64,000 nt of DNA, from positions 1 through 64,000 of the IMG/VR virus record IMGVR_UViG_3300033153_007754. The stretch is one strand, 5' to 3'. Shown here one piece after another: positions 1 through 9,963 of this stretch. Source of the stretch: a virus. Each line of letters begins with the position of its first letter. Position 1 is the stretch's first letter. The notes beneath the pieces are model-generated. The model was given only the letters and a program-made list of their open reading frames with translations. It was not told the origin of the DNA and made no database searches. A program made the position numbers and the translations under genes.

Positions 1-94
1 AGACGGAAAGGTTTATATTTCACCTAAAAAATTCAATTCTAATATAGATTCCACTGCTACAAGTGGAATTAAATCATTTTGGTTCAATGAGCCA

Positions 95-502
95 ATGTTA
101 TTATCACCTTTTAGTAAAATTTTAGTCTATGCTGATGTAGATAACCAAAAAATGGAAGAATCAAAAATGAGATTTACCTTCCAATTTTCATATGGTATTA
201 ATTCATTTCATGAATTACCTGAATATACAATAAATGAAATGGTAGAAATTAAAAAGATTTTTATTAATTATGAATTATATTCAGATTCATATGAAGTTGA
301 TTGTTTAACTGGTCAGGTTGTAATTGAAGATAAAATACAAGATTGGTGTGAAGAAATTGATGAATATTCTAAGTTTACTATTGCCGGAATTCAATATTTA
401 GAATCTTTGGGTGTTGAATTTGTTATTTGTGATTTAGAAGATATATTTGAAATAATAACAAACAAAGGATATCTTAAAACAGAATATGATTGTAATTATT
501 GA
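95..502 (+). CDS. hypothetical protein (probably 5'-truncated by window edge)
   Basis: Acidic ORF with no recognisable motif; its stop overlaps the -35 box of the next promoter. Confidence 0.55.
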   Translation: MLLSPFSKILVYADVDNQKMEESKMRFTFQFSYGINSFHELPEYTINEMVEIKKIFINYELYSDSYEVDCLTGQVVIEDKIQDWCEEIDEYSKFTIAGIQYLESLGVEFVICDLEDIFEIITNKGYLKTEYDCNY

Positions 503-650
503 CAAATCCAAAAAAAACTGTATACTATAAATAGATGGGAAGTTGTAACCGAATCAGGGTACAGCCTATGAAGGTTATATGACAGTATTAAGCCCACCTG
601 AAAAGGAAGGTTTTAAGAAATAATTACAAAAATATTTATAGGAGAATGAA
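499..650 (+). promoter_or_regulatory. early promoter cassette with extended structured leader
   Basis: TTGACA(499-504)AATCC..16 nt..TATACT(521-526), AAATAGATGG, ...ATTAAGCCC; SD AGGAG before ATG 651. Confidence 0.75.
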
Positions 651-1256
651 ATGAAACGTAAAATAGTAGAAGAAAGGTTGAATAAATTTGGTTTTACAAT
701 CAACCAACTAGGAAAAAAATTTTACACTAATGAAAAAATATCGGTTAAATGTAAAAATAACCATGAAATAAGCATGTTTTTAGGTAACATTGTTACGGGG
801 AATGGATGTAGTATTTGTTCATATGAAAAAAGAAAGCTAAAACAAATTACTAAAAAACAAGCTGAAAAAAAATATAATATCACTATTATCAATATCAACC
901 CATCAATCGGTGATAACTACCTTTTAAACACGATGACAACATATAAAATTACATGTAATAAGTGTGACAATGAAAGGGGTTTATTGATGTATACAGCAAT
1001 GAATGGTAAATATGTATGTAATGGGTGCGCAATAAAGAAAAAAGTTGTTGAAATGAAAGAAAACATAAAAAAAAGGGGTTACACAATTGTTGGTGGTGAA
1101 GCTAAAAACTTAACATCAAAAAACACCCTGATTATTAAATGTTCAAATGGTCATGAAATGCCTTACAATCATGGTAATTTTAGTCGTGGTCGTGATTGTG
1201 GTGTTTGTTACAAAGAAGGTTTAATATCCCATGCTAAAAAGGATAGAAATGCATAA
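651..1256 (+). CDS. multi zinc-ribbon protein (homing-endonuclease-type DNA-binding repeats, no clear nuclease domain)
   Basis: Three Zn motifs: CKNNH..CSIC, CNKC..CNGC, CSNGH..CGVC. Confidence 0.6.
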   Translation: MKRKIVEERLNKFGFTINQLGKKFYTNEKISVKCKNNHEISMFLGNIVTGNGCSICSYEKRKLKQITKKQAEKKYNITIININPSIGDNYLLNTMTTYKITCNKCDNERGLLMYTAMNGKYVCNGCAIKKKVVEMKENIKKRGYTIVGGEAKNLTSKNTLIIKCSNGHEMPYNHGNFSRGRDCGVCYKEGLISHAKKDRNA

Positions 1257-1824
1257 GAAGTCAGTTCAAGAAGTAATAGATGGTTGTAAGAATAGTAGCT
1301 TTAATAAATCAAATTATTCTGTTAATTTAGAATTAAAACGTTTCGTTCAGGGAATGTTGTTATATGTGGAATATGATTTATTTGAAGAACACATTGAAAT
1401 AAGTAGCAATGAATTTTTAAAATTAGCAGTTCCAGCATTTCAAAGAAAAAATGACAAATGGAATGAAAGTATGAAGCAAAAGTTTATTGAAAATTTATTA
1501 TCTGGTGTTTCAACTACTATTATGATGTTTAGAATGTTTGGTTCTGAAAATAATTCTCAAATTATTGATGGGTTACAAAGAACTACTGCAATCTTAGAAT
1601 TTTTAGATGGTAAAATCAAACCATTTGGTTATTCAATACATGAAATTGGAATTAAAAATATAAGGAAATTCAGGTTACACTTAATGGTTCAAATATATGA
1701 TTTTGAAAGTTGGGCTGAAGTTGGGAAATTTTATGTAGATATGAATGAAAACATAACACATTCTAAAACAGATATACAAAAAGCTAAAGATTGGTTTTTA
1801 GAAAATCATGGAGTTAAATTATGA
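1249..1824 (+). CDS. DUF262 (ParB/Srx-like, GmrSD N-terminal type) protein
   Basis: PAFQR..W..FIENLL and IIDGLQR motifs; ATG 1249 follows AGGA. Confidence 0.75.
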   Translation: MHKKSVQEVIDGCKNSSFNKSNYSVNLELKRFVQGMLLYVEYDLFEEHIEISSNEFLKLAVPAFQRKNDKWNESMKQKFIENLLSGVSTTIMMFRMFGSENNSQIIDGLQRTTAILEFLDGKIKPFGYSIHEIGIKNIRKFRLHLMVQIYDFESWAEVGKFYVDMNENITHSKTDIQKAKDWFLENHGVKL

Positions 1825-2507
1825 TTGACATAAGTTCAACACAGGATATTAAATTATCAAACTTTGAGGAATACAATTTTACAATAGATGGTGTGATATG
1901 TAGCAGCATGGAAGGGTTCTTACAATCCTTAAAACTTCCTGATATAGCCAAGCAAAGGGAAATATGTGATTTGGTAGGCATAAAGGCAAAAAGCAAAGGC
2001 AGCAAGCGAAATAAGGCTTGGAAATCAAATCAAATTTTATATTGGAAAGGTAAGGAATATAAAAGGGATGGTTTAGAATATCAATATTTATTATACAGGG
2101 CATTTAATTCTTTATATAAATCAAATCCTGAATATTTAGAAACATTGGTTAAAACTGGTTATCAGGAATTAAAACATAGCATTGGGAAAAATGATATAAA
2201 AGATACTGTTTTAACAACACAAGAATTTTTACACCATTTAAATCGAATCCGTGCAATTGGTATCGAAATTGATTTCATGAAAAAAATGATTGATGGTGTT
2301 ATTGTTGGTGAAACTAAAAAATTTTATAGTGAAACAATTAGTTTAACCCTTTTGCATCATTATTTAATGGAATTGGGTTTTGAAGAAAATGATATAGAAG
2401 TTGATTGGATAGATTATACGACAACTTACCATCATGAAGATAAATTTAAAAATGATTTATATATAAGGGGAAATGCTTTTGATGGTTGGAAAATAATGAA
2501 ATATTAA
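1821..2507 (+). CDS. NADAR-family protein (T4 gp30.3-like) with C-terminal extension
   Basis: LSNF..FTIDG..SMEGFLQSLK, LYWKG, L.HSIGK.D..TVLT pattern typical of phage gp30.3/NADAR. Confidence 0.7.
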   Translation: MIDISSTQDIKLSNFEEYNFTIDGVICSSMEGFLQSLKLPDIAKQREICDLVGIKAKSKGSKRNKAWKSNQILYWKGKEYKRDGLEYQYLLYRAFNSLYKSNPEYLETLVKTGYQELKHSIGKNDIKDTVLTTQEFLHHLNRIRAIGIEIDFMKKMIDGVIVGETKKFYSETISLTLLHHYLMELGFEENDIEVDWIDYTTTYHHEDKFKNDLYIRGNAFDGWKIMKY

Positions 2508-2524
2508 AAAAAATGGAGGATAAA

Positions 2525-2767
2525 ATGAGTAAAATCACATTGATAGATGGTAAAAAATTCACTGGTGTTCTTGAAATAATTAGTGAATATAAAACCAGAA
2601 CTGAATGCAAAAATGGGTTAATACACGGTAAATATATAGAATGGTGGTATAATGGAAATGTGCGTTTAGAAAGACATTACAAAGATGGGGAAAAGCATGG
2701 TGATGAAACAAAATGGGATGAAGATGGTAACAAAATAAGTGAAACCTTTTATGTTGATGGTTGGTAA
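2525..2767 (+). CDS. MORN-variant repeat protein (YwqK-like) #1
   Basis: DGKKFTG cap, HGKYIEWWYNG, HGDETKWDEDG; SD GGAGG before ATG 2525. Confidence 0.8.
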   Translation: MSKITLIDGKKFTGVLEIISEYKTRTECKNGLIHGKYIEWWYNGNVRLERHYKDGEKHGDETKWDEDGNKISETFYVDGW

Positions 2768-2852
2768 CATAATAAAATAGCACACAAATCAATTCCTTAA
2801 ATAATCAATAAAACCTATAATAACCTATTAAATTTTTTAATAGGAAAATACT

Positions 2853-3698
2853 ATGGATAAAAAGAGTTATATTGTCCTGATAGATTTTAACAATTTTATG
2901 TTTAAATCTTTACATGGGGTTGCTAAGTACACACCACTAAAAAGTAAACAATTCAAAATTGAATTTGCTAAAAAAATGATAAGAGAAATGATGTATGTGA
3001 AAACGAGGTTTAATTACAAAATTAAAGATATTATAGTTTTATATGACTATAAGAATTGGCGTTTGGATGAACAAATTGACTATAAAGGTGACAGAAAGAA
3101 AAATAGAAATGATAGTAAAATAGATTTTGATTATTTTTTTAAATTTGTTGATACTTTTAGAAAAGAAATGGAAGAAGCTTTACCTTTTAATTTCTTAAAA
3201 AACTATAAATGTGAGGCTGATGATTTAATTGGTCACATTACAATCACAAATCCTGATGAAAACTTTATAATATACTCAAATGACAAGGATTTTAAGCAGC
3301 TACACACTCATAATAAGAATTTAATACAAATATCCCCAAGAAACTTTAAAGTCGTTCAGGATGACGATTATGACATCAGGATACACGCAATTGTTGGTGA
3401 TGCTGCTGATAGTGTACATAAATTAAAAAAGGGTGTTGGTGTACAAACAGCATTAAAAATATTAAAATCAAATAAATTAGAAAGTTGGCTTAAAAGTCAT
3501 AAATTAGAAGAACTTTTTGAACATAACTTAAGGATGGTTGATTTAACACGAATACCCGAACATTTAAAGAAGGAAATTGAAGTTTTATATGAAAATAGGG
3601 AACGAACTAAATTAAAAGCTTTGGTTTATTATAAATTTATTAATAAATATCTTATAGAAAACATGGAATATTCTTTTATAAGGAGTTTATATAAATGA
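2853..3698 (+). CDS. rnh: T4-like RNase H / 5'-3' exonuclease
   Basis: LIDFNN, WR..YKGDRKK, EADDLI, SNDKDF.QL, GDAAD, N..MVDL..IP motifs. Confidence 0.9.
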   Translation: MDKKSYIVLIDFNNFMFKSLHGVAKYTPLKSKQFKIEFAKKMIREMMYVKTRFNYKIKDIIVLYDYKNWRLDEQIDYKGDRKKNRNDSKIDFDYFFKFVDTFRKEMEEALPFNFLKNYKCEADDLIGHITITNPDENFIIYSNDKDFKQLHTHNKNLIQISPRNFKVVQDDDYDIRIHAIVGDAADSVHKLKKGVGVQTALKILKSNKLESWLKSHKLEELFEHNLRMVDLTRIPEHLKKEIEVLYENRERTKLKALVYYKFINKYLIENMEYSFIRSLYK

Positions 3699-3703
3699 AA
3701 GGT

Positions 3704-4183
3704 TTAAATAGTGGAAGAATATATTTGTTTCCCATTTTTATAATTTAATTCAGATTTTTTATTACCATTTTTATGCCACCAAATTTCTTTACCGTGTCTT
3801 TTACCATCTTTATAATTTATTTCAAATTCTTTATTTCCATTTTCATACCACTTAATACCAAGTGTGATTTTCCATTCGTTATATGAATGTATAGATTTTT
3901 TATTCCCATTTCTATACCATTCTGTATATTTACCATGTAATGCACCATTTTTATAATTCTTTTCTTCAAATTTAATACCATTTTCATACCATTCAATTTG
4001 TTTCCCATGTTGTTTTCCATTTTTATAATTTTCTTCAATTTTTTTATTTCCATTATCATAAAAGATAATAGATTTCCCATGTTTTTCACCATCTAAATAT
4101 TCACAATTATTATAAATTCCTGTGAATATTTCTTCTTTTAGCTCATGAACTAAGCCTGTTTCATTATTTCTTGCTACTACCAT
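3704..4183 (-). CDS. MORN-variant repeat protein #2
   Basis: GLVHELKEEIFTG cap and HGK..W..NG repeats; has its own promoter cassette. Confidence 0.85.
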   Translation of the reverse strand: MVVARNNETGLVHELKEEIFTGIYNNCEYLDGEKHGKSIIFYDNGNKKIEENYKNGKQHGKQIEWYENGIKFEEKNYKNGALHGKYTEWYRNGNKKSIHSYNEWKITLGIKWYENGNKEFEINYKDGKRHGKEIWWHKNGNKKSELNYKNGKQIYSSTI

Positions 4184-4253
4184 ATCATTCTCCTATGAAT
4201 TAGGGCTTAATTGCCATCTATTTAGAGTATACTGATTTACTTGGATTTCTCAA
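4184..4253 (-). promoter_or_regulatory. repeated early promoter/hairpin/RBS cassette
   Basis: Reverse complement: TTGAGAAATCC..TATACTCTAAATAGATGGCAATTAAGCC..AGGAG..ATG. Confidence 0.8.
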
Positions 4254-4384
4254 GTGTTTTCTTGTTTTTTTGATATTTACCATGTTTTTTACAATTTTCA
4301 TATAAAACACATAGAGTATTACAAATTTATTAATAAATATATTATACAAAACATGGGATATTCTTTTATAAGGGGTTTGTATAA

Positions 4385-4723
4385 ATGAAAGGTTCAATTT
4401 TAAATAGTTTATTGTTAGATTTCTATAAGTTTTTATTTTCAAAATCTGATTTTTCAGAATTTAATGATATTGTAACTGGTCAATTTAGTTTTGAAAAGTT
4501 AATAAGTATATTTGGTAAAACGGTTAATTCTAAAATTGGTAAAAGAAATTTTTTAAAAATTCTGAAGCAATTATTAACAATTAAAGAAGATGTTGAAATA
4601 AATCAAAATATTTTAGTGGAAATGATGCAAGAAAACGATGGTTTTGATGATAATAAAGAATACAAAATAAGTGAAGTTAGGGCTTTTATGGAACATATAA
4701 CCAAAGAAATTTTTATTAAATAA
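4385..4723 (+). CDS. hypothetical protein
   Basis: ORF with AGGGG upstream. Confidence 0.55.
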   Translation: MKGSILNSLLLDFYKFLFSKSDFSEFNDIVTGQFSFEKLISIFGKTVNSKIGKRNFLKILKQLLTIKEDVEINQNILVEMMQENDGFDDNKEYKISEVRAFMEHITKEIFIK

Positions 4724-4771
4724 TTGGGATATATTATAATCCATTAAACATATTATCACTAAGAGGTTATT

Positions 4772-5110
4772 TTGCTTGAATTAAAACCGCAAAGTATATA
4801 TTCTTATTTAGCATCAATTACGAATAAGAATAATAAGTTTATAGTAGAAAAAAAACTATACAGTCAATACAGGATTAATAGATATTTATCTTTACATAAA
4901 AAGGGTATTGCTTTAATCCAGGACTTAAACAAAACATTTTATAAATTAACAGATTTAGAACATTATAATTTACTTTTTGATTTTTATCCAAAAGTTGGTT
5001 TTATACAAACTAAAGGGGCTTTAATATCCAATAAAGAGTTTATTGATGCTAAAATTTATAATAAGTTACAACGTTCTGCAACAGACATTAAAAGGGTATT
5101 ACATGGATGA
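4772..5110 (+). CDS. clamp loader small subunit (T4 gp62-like)
   Basis: YL.SI..K, YSQYRINRYLS, L.D.EHY..L; adjacent to gp55. Confidence 0.65.
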   Translation: MLELKPQSIYSYLASITNKNNKFIVEKKLYSQYRINRYLSLHKKGIALIQDLNKTFYKLTDLEHYNLLFDFYPKVGFIQTKGALISNKEFIDAKIYNKLQRSATDIKRVLHG

Positions 5111-5639
5111 TTTAAAGATATTAAAACAAGAAGAACTTGAAGCAATCAATGTTCTTAAAAAGGGTAAAAAAGGTAAGTATCTTAGCAATAAAGAATTAAG
5201 AGAAGAATTAACAAAAAGCAATGAACTTGGTCGTGCTACCAAAAAACTACATTCATTATTTTTTCTGATGGCAATTAAAATAAGTAACAGAAGAAATTTT
5301 TATTCTTATAAATTCAAATATGGAATGATTAAAGATGCTTATATGCATTGCATTAATAAATACCACATGTTTGATTTAACTAAAACATCTGCGGATGGGA
5401 CATTGAAATCCCCATTTAGTTATTATACATCTGCAATAATTAATAAGTTTATAGAAATTATTAAAATCAGGAAGGAAGAAGCTATTTTACGTTATAGATT
5501 AAGACGTGATGATACTGGTGTTTATTACAGGATTAATGATTTAGATTTAAGAATGGAACAAAAAAATAAAGAAAATAATGCATTAAAGAAATTTAATAGT
5601 GACAATAAAAGTGTTAGTATTTCTTACATGATTGATTAA
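5103..5639 (+). CDS. late-transcription sigma factor (T4 gp55-like)
   Basis: YLSNKEL, NFYSYKF..MI.DA, FD..SPFSYYT..I.N.F motifs. Confidence 0.8.
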   Translation: MDDLKILKQEELEAINVLKKGKKGKYLSNKELREELTKSNELGRATKKLHSLFFLMAIKISNRRNFYSYKFKYGMIKDAYMHCINKYHMFDLTKTSADGTLKSPFSYYTSAIINKFIEIIKIRKEEAILRYRLRRDDTGVYYRINDLDLRMEQKNKENNALKKFNSDNKSVSISYMID

Positions 5640-5687
5640 TTTACCAAAAAAATGTTATAATTAATTTTTAAGTGGGGTTGTTATAAC

Positions 5688-6041
5688 ATGAGTACAAAGA
5701 AAATACCAAAAATCGTTCATCAAAAAGCAAAATATTTAATTGTTAAACTACAAAAACAAATAGGTGTGTTAAATAATAAATTATCATTTAAGATTGATAA
5801 AATATCTATTTTAGAAAAACATATTAAAAGTTTGGAGTTTGCTTTAAAATGTGCTGAAGATATAATACATCAAAACCCAGAATATACTAAAGAATATTAT
5901 AATTCATGGGGTGCTAAAGCTATGTATAGTGTACGACATATACATATACATAAACAAAGGCACAAAAGCATAAGTAAAGAAGACCAAATGAAGGCACTAA
6001 TAAAAGTATTGCCAGATTTTTTGAAGAAACTACCAAAATAA
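5688..6041 (+). CDS. hypothetical coiled-coil protein
   Basis: ORF with GGGG upstream. Confidence 0.55.
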   Translation: MSTKKIPKIVHQKAKYLIVKLQKQIGVLNNKLSFKIDKISILEKHIKSLEFALKCAEDIIHQNPEYTKEYYNSWGAKAMYSVRHIHIHKQRHKSISKEDQMKALIKVLPDFLKKLPK

Positions 6042-6044
6042 TAC

Positions 6045-6115
6045 TTGACAAATCCAAATAAATCAGTATACTCTAAACAGATGGTAATTAAGCCATGATT
6101 TCGTAGGAGAATCAT
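6045..6115 (+). promoter_or_regulatory. repeated early promoter/hairpin/RBS cassette
   Basis: TTGACAAATCC..TATACTCTAAACAGATGGTAATTAAGCCATGATTTCGTAGGAGAATCAT. Confidence 0.85.
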
Positions 6116-6286
6116 ATGAGTACTCTAATTAAAATATTGATAACATCTTGGAACGTATGGAAAATAAGAATCAATTTAAATAAAAAACGAATTAGGAAAA
6201 TTCTTTTAATATTATTGATGTTGTGGTTTCTATTTGTTCTATTTGGGTGGACAGTCTTACTATTAGATAAAATGGTAAGACTGTGA
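6116..6286 (+). CDS. small single-TM membrane protein (56 aa; not in ORF track)
   Basis: MSTLIKIL...KKRIRKILLILLMLWFLFVLFGWTVLLLDKMVRL; directly after cassette SD. Confidence 0.7.
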   Translation: MSTLIKILITSWNVWKIRINLNKKRIRKILLILLMLWFLFVLFGWTVLLLDKMVRL

Positions 6287-6406
6287 ACTAAAAAAATCCC
6301 ATGAAATCTTAAAATCAAAAAAATTCTTGCATAAATAAATCAAATAATATATAATTAAATTGTCTTAATGGTGGTTACACCAATTACACTATTTTAGGAG
6401 GTTTAA

Positions 6407-7267
6407 ATGAAAACGGTTGTTGAAGATAATGGATTAACTTATGAAATCAATAAAGATGGTTTTAGTGGTTATGGTAAAAACATTAATGGAATGGAAGGTA
6501 ATTATATTAATGGAAAAAAAGAAGGAACACATAAAAGTTTTTACGAAGATGGTAAAAAACAAAGTGAAGAAAATTATAAAGATGGTAAAAGAGATGGCGA
6601 ATCTAAAACATGGTATGAAACAGGTGAGTTATATACAGAATGTTTTTCTGAAAATGGTGAAGTCAAAGAAATTTACTGGTACAGGAATGGCAATAAAGAA
6701 TGTGAATTTTATGGTAAAAATGGTTTTTTAGATGGTGAATATATTGATTGGTATATGAATGGTGATATATCTTCAGAAACACATTATATACAAGGAAAAA
6801 AACATGGACATAAAATATCATGGTTTAGAAATGGTAAAATTCGTAAAATAGAAGGCTTAAAAAATGGCGAAAAACATGGTGAATGTAAAGTGTGGTATAG
6901 GGATGGAACAAAGAAACTTAGTTGTACATATAAAAATGGAAAAAAACATGGTAAGTTTATTGAATGGAATGTGAATGGCATAAAAGAAAATGATATAGAT
7001 TTTATAGATGGTAAATGGCATGGGAAATATATTGTTTATTATTATAGTGGTGAAATAAAAGAAGAACTTCATTACAAAGATGGTTTAAAACATGGTAAAG
7101 AAAGTTGGTATTATAAAAACGGACAAATTGAATTGACATGTGAATATAAAGATAACATGAAAAGCGGTGAAGTTATATGTTATGACGAAGATGGTGAAAT
7201 TGAGACAAGAGCGGTATATATTATAGGTGTTCAAGAAAGTAGAAAAGTTTTAATTGAAAGACAATAA
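6407..7267 (+). CDS. MORN-variant repeat protein #3
   Basis: About 10 24-aa repeats; promoter TTGCAT 6327/TATAAT 6350; SD AGGAGG. Confidence 0.9.
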   Translation: MKTVVEDNGLTYEINKDGFSGYGKNINGMEGNYINGKKEGTHKSFYEDGKKQSEENYKDGKRDGESKTWYETGELYTECFSENGEVKEIYWYRNGNKECEFYGKNGFLDGEYIDWYMNGDISSETHYIQGKKHGHKISWFRNGKIRKIEGLKNGEKHGECKVWYRDGTKKLSCTYKNGKKHGKFIEWNVNGIKENDIDFIDGKWHGKYIVYYYSGEIKEELHYKDGLKHGKESWYYKNGQIELTCEYKDNMKSGEVICYDEDGEIETRAVYIIGVQESRKVLIERQ

Positions 7268-7276
7268 AGGGGTGGA

Positions 7277-8251
7277 ATGAATAAAATTAAAGTACCAACA
7301 GGTGTGATTTACACAATGGAAACAGCAGACAATAAACCTTTAGAGTTTACGTCTATTGGTGATTATGGAAGTAATGCCAATGTTAAGGCTGATTTTCTGG
7401 GTTTAACAAGGGAAATAGAAGAAGTTCCAGACGGTAATGTTTTACCATTGGGTGAAAAATGGGTTGTGACTATTTCAACCCAACACGGATGTCCGCATCA
7501 CTGCCAATTTTGTGATGTGCCTTTATTAAAATTTCAGGGTAACATTTCGCTTGATAACTTAAATAAACAGGTTGTGACAGCCATAAATGAGAGGAAGGAT
7601 GTTAAATATACTAAACGGTTAAACCTACATTTGACAAGAATGGGTGAACCAAGTTGGAATCCTGATGTGATTTGGTTTGCACATGGGTTAAAAAAATTAG
7701 TTGAAACAACTGGTTTAAAATGTGATACTATACACCCAGTTTTTACAACAATGCTTCCAAACACAAATAAATTACTTGAAAATGAAATACAAATGTGGTG
7801 TAACATGAAAAATAAACATTACGAAGGTGAAGCAGGGTTACAATTTTCTATAAATTCAACATCAGATTCACAAAGAAATACAATGTTTAACAATGAATCA
7901 TTACAACTCAAAGAGATATCAGAAATTGGTGAAAGATTAATGAAACCTGTTGGTAGAAAATATGCTTTAAATTTTGCATTGGCGGATGGATATGAAGTGG
8001 ATGCAAAGAAGTTAAGAAAACTTTTTAATCCAGAAAAATTCATGGTTAAAATCACACCTATACACCAAACACAGCAGTGTATTCTTAATGGTATTAAATC
8101 ATCAAAAAAGTATTTTACACCTTATACTAAAATTGAAAAAGATTTAATTAAAGAAGGGTTTGATGTTCTAATTTTTATCCCATCAAATGAAGAAGATGTT
8201 AGCAGAATTACATGTGGGAATGCTGTTTTAGCTGAAGACCTAAAGAAATAA
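7277..8251 (+). CDS. RlmN/Cfr-like radical SAM enzyme
   Basis: ISTQHGCPHHCQFC (CxxxCxxC), MGEP, FSINS, C-terminal TCG. Confidence 0.75.
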   Translation: MNKIKVPTGVIYTMETADNKPLEFTSIGDYGSNANVKADFLGLTREIEEVPDGNVLPLGEKWVVTISTQHGCPHHCQFCDVPLLKFQGNISLDNLNKQVVTAINERKDVKYTKRLNLHLTRMGEPSWNPDVIWFAHGLKKLVETTGLKCDTIHPVFTTMLPNTNKLLENEIQMWCNMKNKHYEGEAGLQFSINSTSDSQRNTMFNNESLQLKEISEIGERLMKPVGRKYALNFALADGYEVDAKKLRKLFNPEKFMVKITPIHQTQQCILNGIKSSKKYFTPYTKIEKDLIKEGFDVLIFIPSNEEDVSRITCGNAVLAEDLKK

Positions 8252-8276
8252 AATCATTAAAATTAGTGGGGCAAAC

Positions 8277-9071
8277 ATGATTGAAGAAAACATTTTTTTC
8301 GATGAATTATATCATGAAGATGGTGGTATAAGGATTATTAGGAATTTCAAAAATGGTGAAAGAAATTTAATTCAAAATTTTAAAAATAATAAATTACATG
8401 GACGGCAAGAGAAATATTGTAAAAATGGGCTATTAAAAACAGAGAAAATGTTCAAATATGGGAAATTACATGGTAAACAAATTGAATGGGATGACAATAA
8501 TGTAATGATTTCAAATATTGAATATAAAAACAATAAAAAAGATGGGGTGTCAATATTACGTTATGAAAATGATAAGTTAAAATCCATTCAGGAATTTAAA
8601 AATAATAAACCACATGGAAAATCTTTCTTTTGGTATGTGAGTGGACAAAAGAAATCAGATGTCAGATATGAAAATGGGAAAAGACATGGTGAATATAAAT
8701 CTTGGCATGAAAACGGAAGAATAGATGTTAAGACAACATATAAACAGGGGCTATTACATGGTGAATACAAAAAGCATGATAGATATAAGGAACTTGATAT
8801 TGAATGTTTTTATAATAATGGATTAATAGAGGGTCTCTATACCAAATGGGTTACTGGTGTTCACAGATTTAAGGTAGAAATTTACGATTTTATACCCGAT
8901 GATGGTATGTCATTATTTGAAAAATTGAAAACCACCTGTAATTACAAAAATGGAAAAAAACATGGTCTTCAAATTGCAAAATATACACATGAGCGTAAGG
9001 TTATAATAAATAAACATTTAAAAAAAGTTAATGTGGGAAGTGCTGAAATTGCTATGGAAATGGATATTTAA
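8277..9071 (+). CDS. MORN-variant repeat protein #4
   Basis: Repeated HG...W..NG..K...Y.NG. Confidence 0.85.
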   Translation: MIEENIFFDELYHEDGGIRIIRNFKNGERNLIQNFKNNKLHGRQEKYCKNGLLKTEKMFKYGKLHGKQIEWDDNNVMISNIEYKNNKKDGVSILRYENDKLKSIQEFKNNKPHGKSFFWYVSGQKKSDVRYENGKRHGEYKSWHENGRIDVKTTYKQGLLHGEYKKHDRYKELDIECFYNNGLIEGLYTKWVTGVHRFKVEIYDFIPDDGMSLFEKLKTTCNYKNGKKHGLQIAKYTHERKVIINKHLKKVNVGSAEIAMEMDI

Positions 9072-9186
9072 TATTTCTTTTCTCTTAATAAATGAAATCA
9101 TAAAAGTAATTGACAAAATATGAAATAAAATATATAATAAATTGTGGTTGTAATTATGCAATTATTTATTTTCAAAGGAGAAATCT

Positions 9187-9963
9187 ATGTGTAAAAACAA
9201 TTTAATACCAGAAGGTGGTTATTTAGCCGAAAAAAAAAATGGTAAAGAGGTTTATTACAATAAGAATGGGAGAAAAGAATGGGAAATAAACTATAAAGAT
9301 GGAAAAAAAGATGGTAAAGAGTTTTTTTGGCATAAAAATGGTGATAAAGCATCAGAAGAAACTTATAAAGATGGGTTACTACATGGGGTTGAAATTGAAT
9401 GGAACGAATATGGTAGTAAACTATATGAATTAAATAACGAGAATGGGGAAAGCCATGGTATACAAACTTGGTGGTATCATAATGGCAATAAACAAACTGA
9501 AATATTTTATAAGCATGGTAAAAGACATGGTAAACACTCTGAATGGCATGAAAATGGTAAGAAAAGTTTTGAATCAATTTACGAAAACGCCAAGCCGATT
9601 GGGAAATCTTTTCTTTGGTATGAGAATGGAAATAAAGAAAATGAAATAAACTATGAAGCTGGTAAAAAAAATGGTAAAGAAATAAGATGGTATTATGATG
9701 GCAAGATAAAATGTGAATTGCAGTATGAAAATGGTAATAGGTATGGTGTTCATACTTATTGGTATAAGAATGGAAATAAACAATCTGAAACAAATTATGT
9801 GAATGATGTAGAAGATGGTATTCAAATTGCTTGGTATGAGAATGGAAATAAAAGATTTGAACGGAATTTTAAGAAGTGTATACTTCATGGTAAATATACA
9901 GAATGGCATGAAAATGGTGAAATAAAAAATATTAGTGAATATATTAAGGGTGAAAAAATATGA
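9187..9963 (+). CDS. MORN-variant repeat protein #5
   Basis: About 10 regular repeats; promoter TTGACA 9110/TATAAT 9133. Confidence 0.9.
   Translation: MCKNNLIPEGGYLAEKKNGKEVYYNKNGRKEWEINYKDGKKDGKEFFWHKNGDKASEETYKDGLLHGVEIEWNEYGSKLYELNNENGESHGIQTWWYHNGNKQTEIFYKHGKRHGKHSEWHENGKKSFESIYENAKPIGKSFLWYENGNKENEINYEAGKKNGKEIRWYYDGKIKCELQYENGNRYGVHTYWYKNGNKQSETNYVNDVEDGIQIAWYENGNKRFERNFKKCILHGKYTEWHENGEIKNISEYIKGEKI

Noticed and set aside
651-1256. Active homing endonuclease
   Set aside because: Only zinc-ribbon repeats are visible; no HNH, GIY-YIG or PD-(D/E)XK motif recognised
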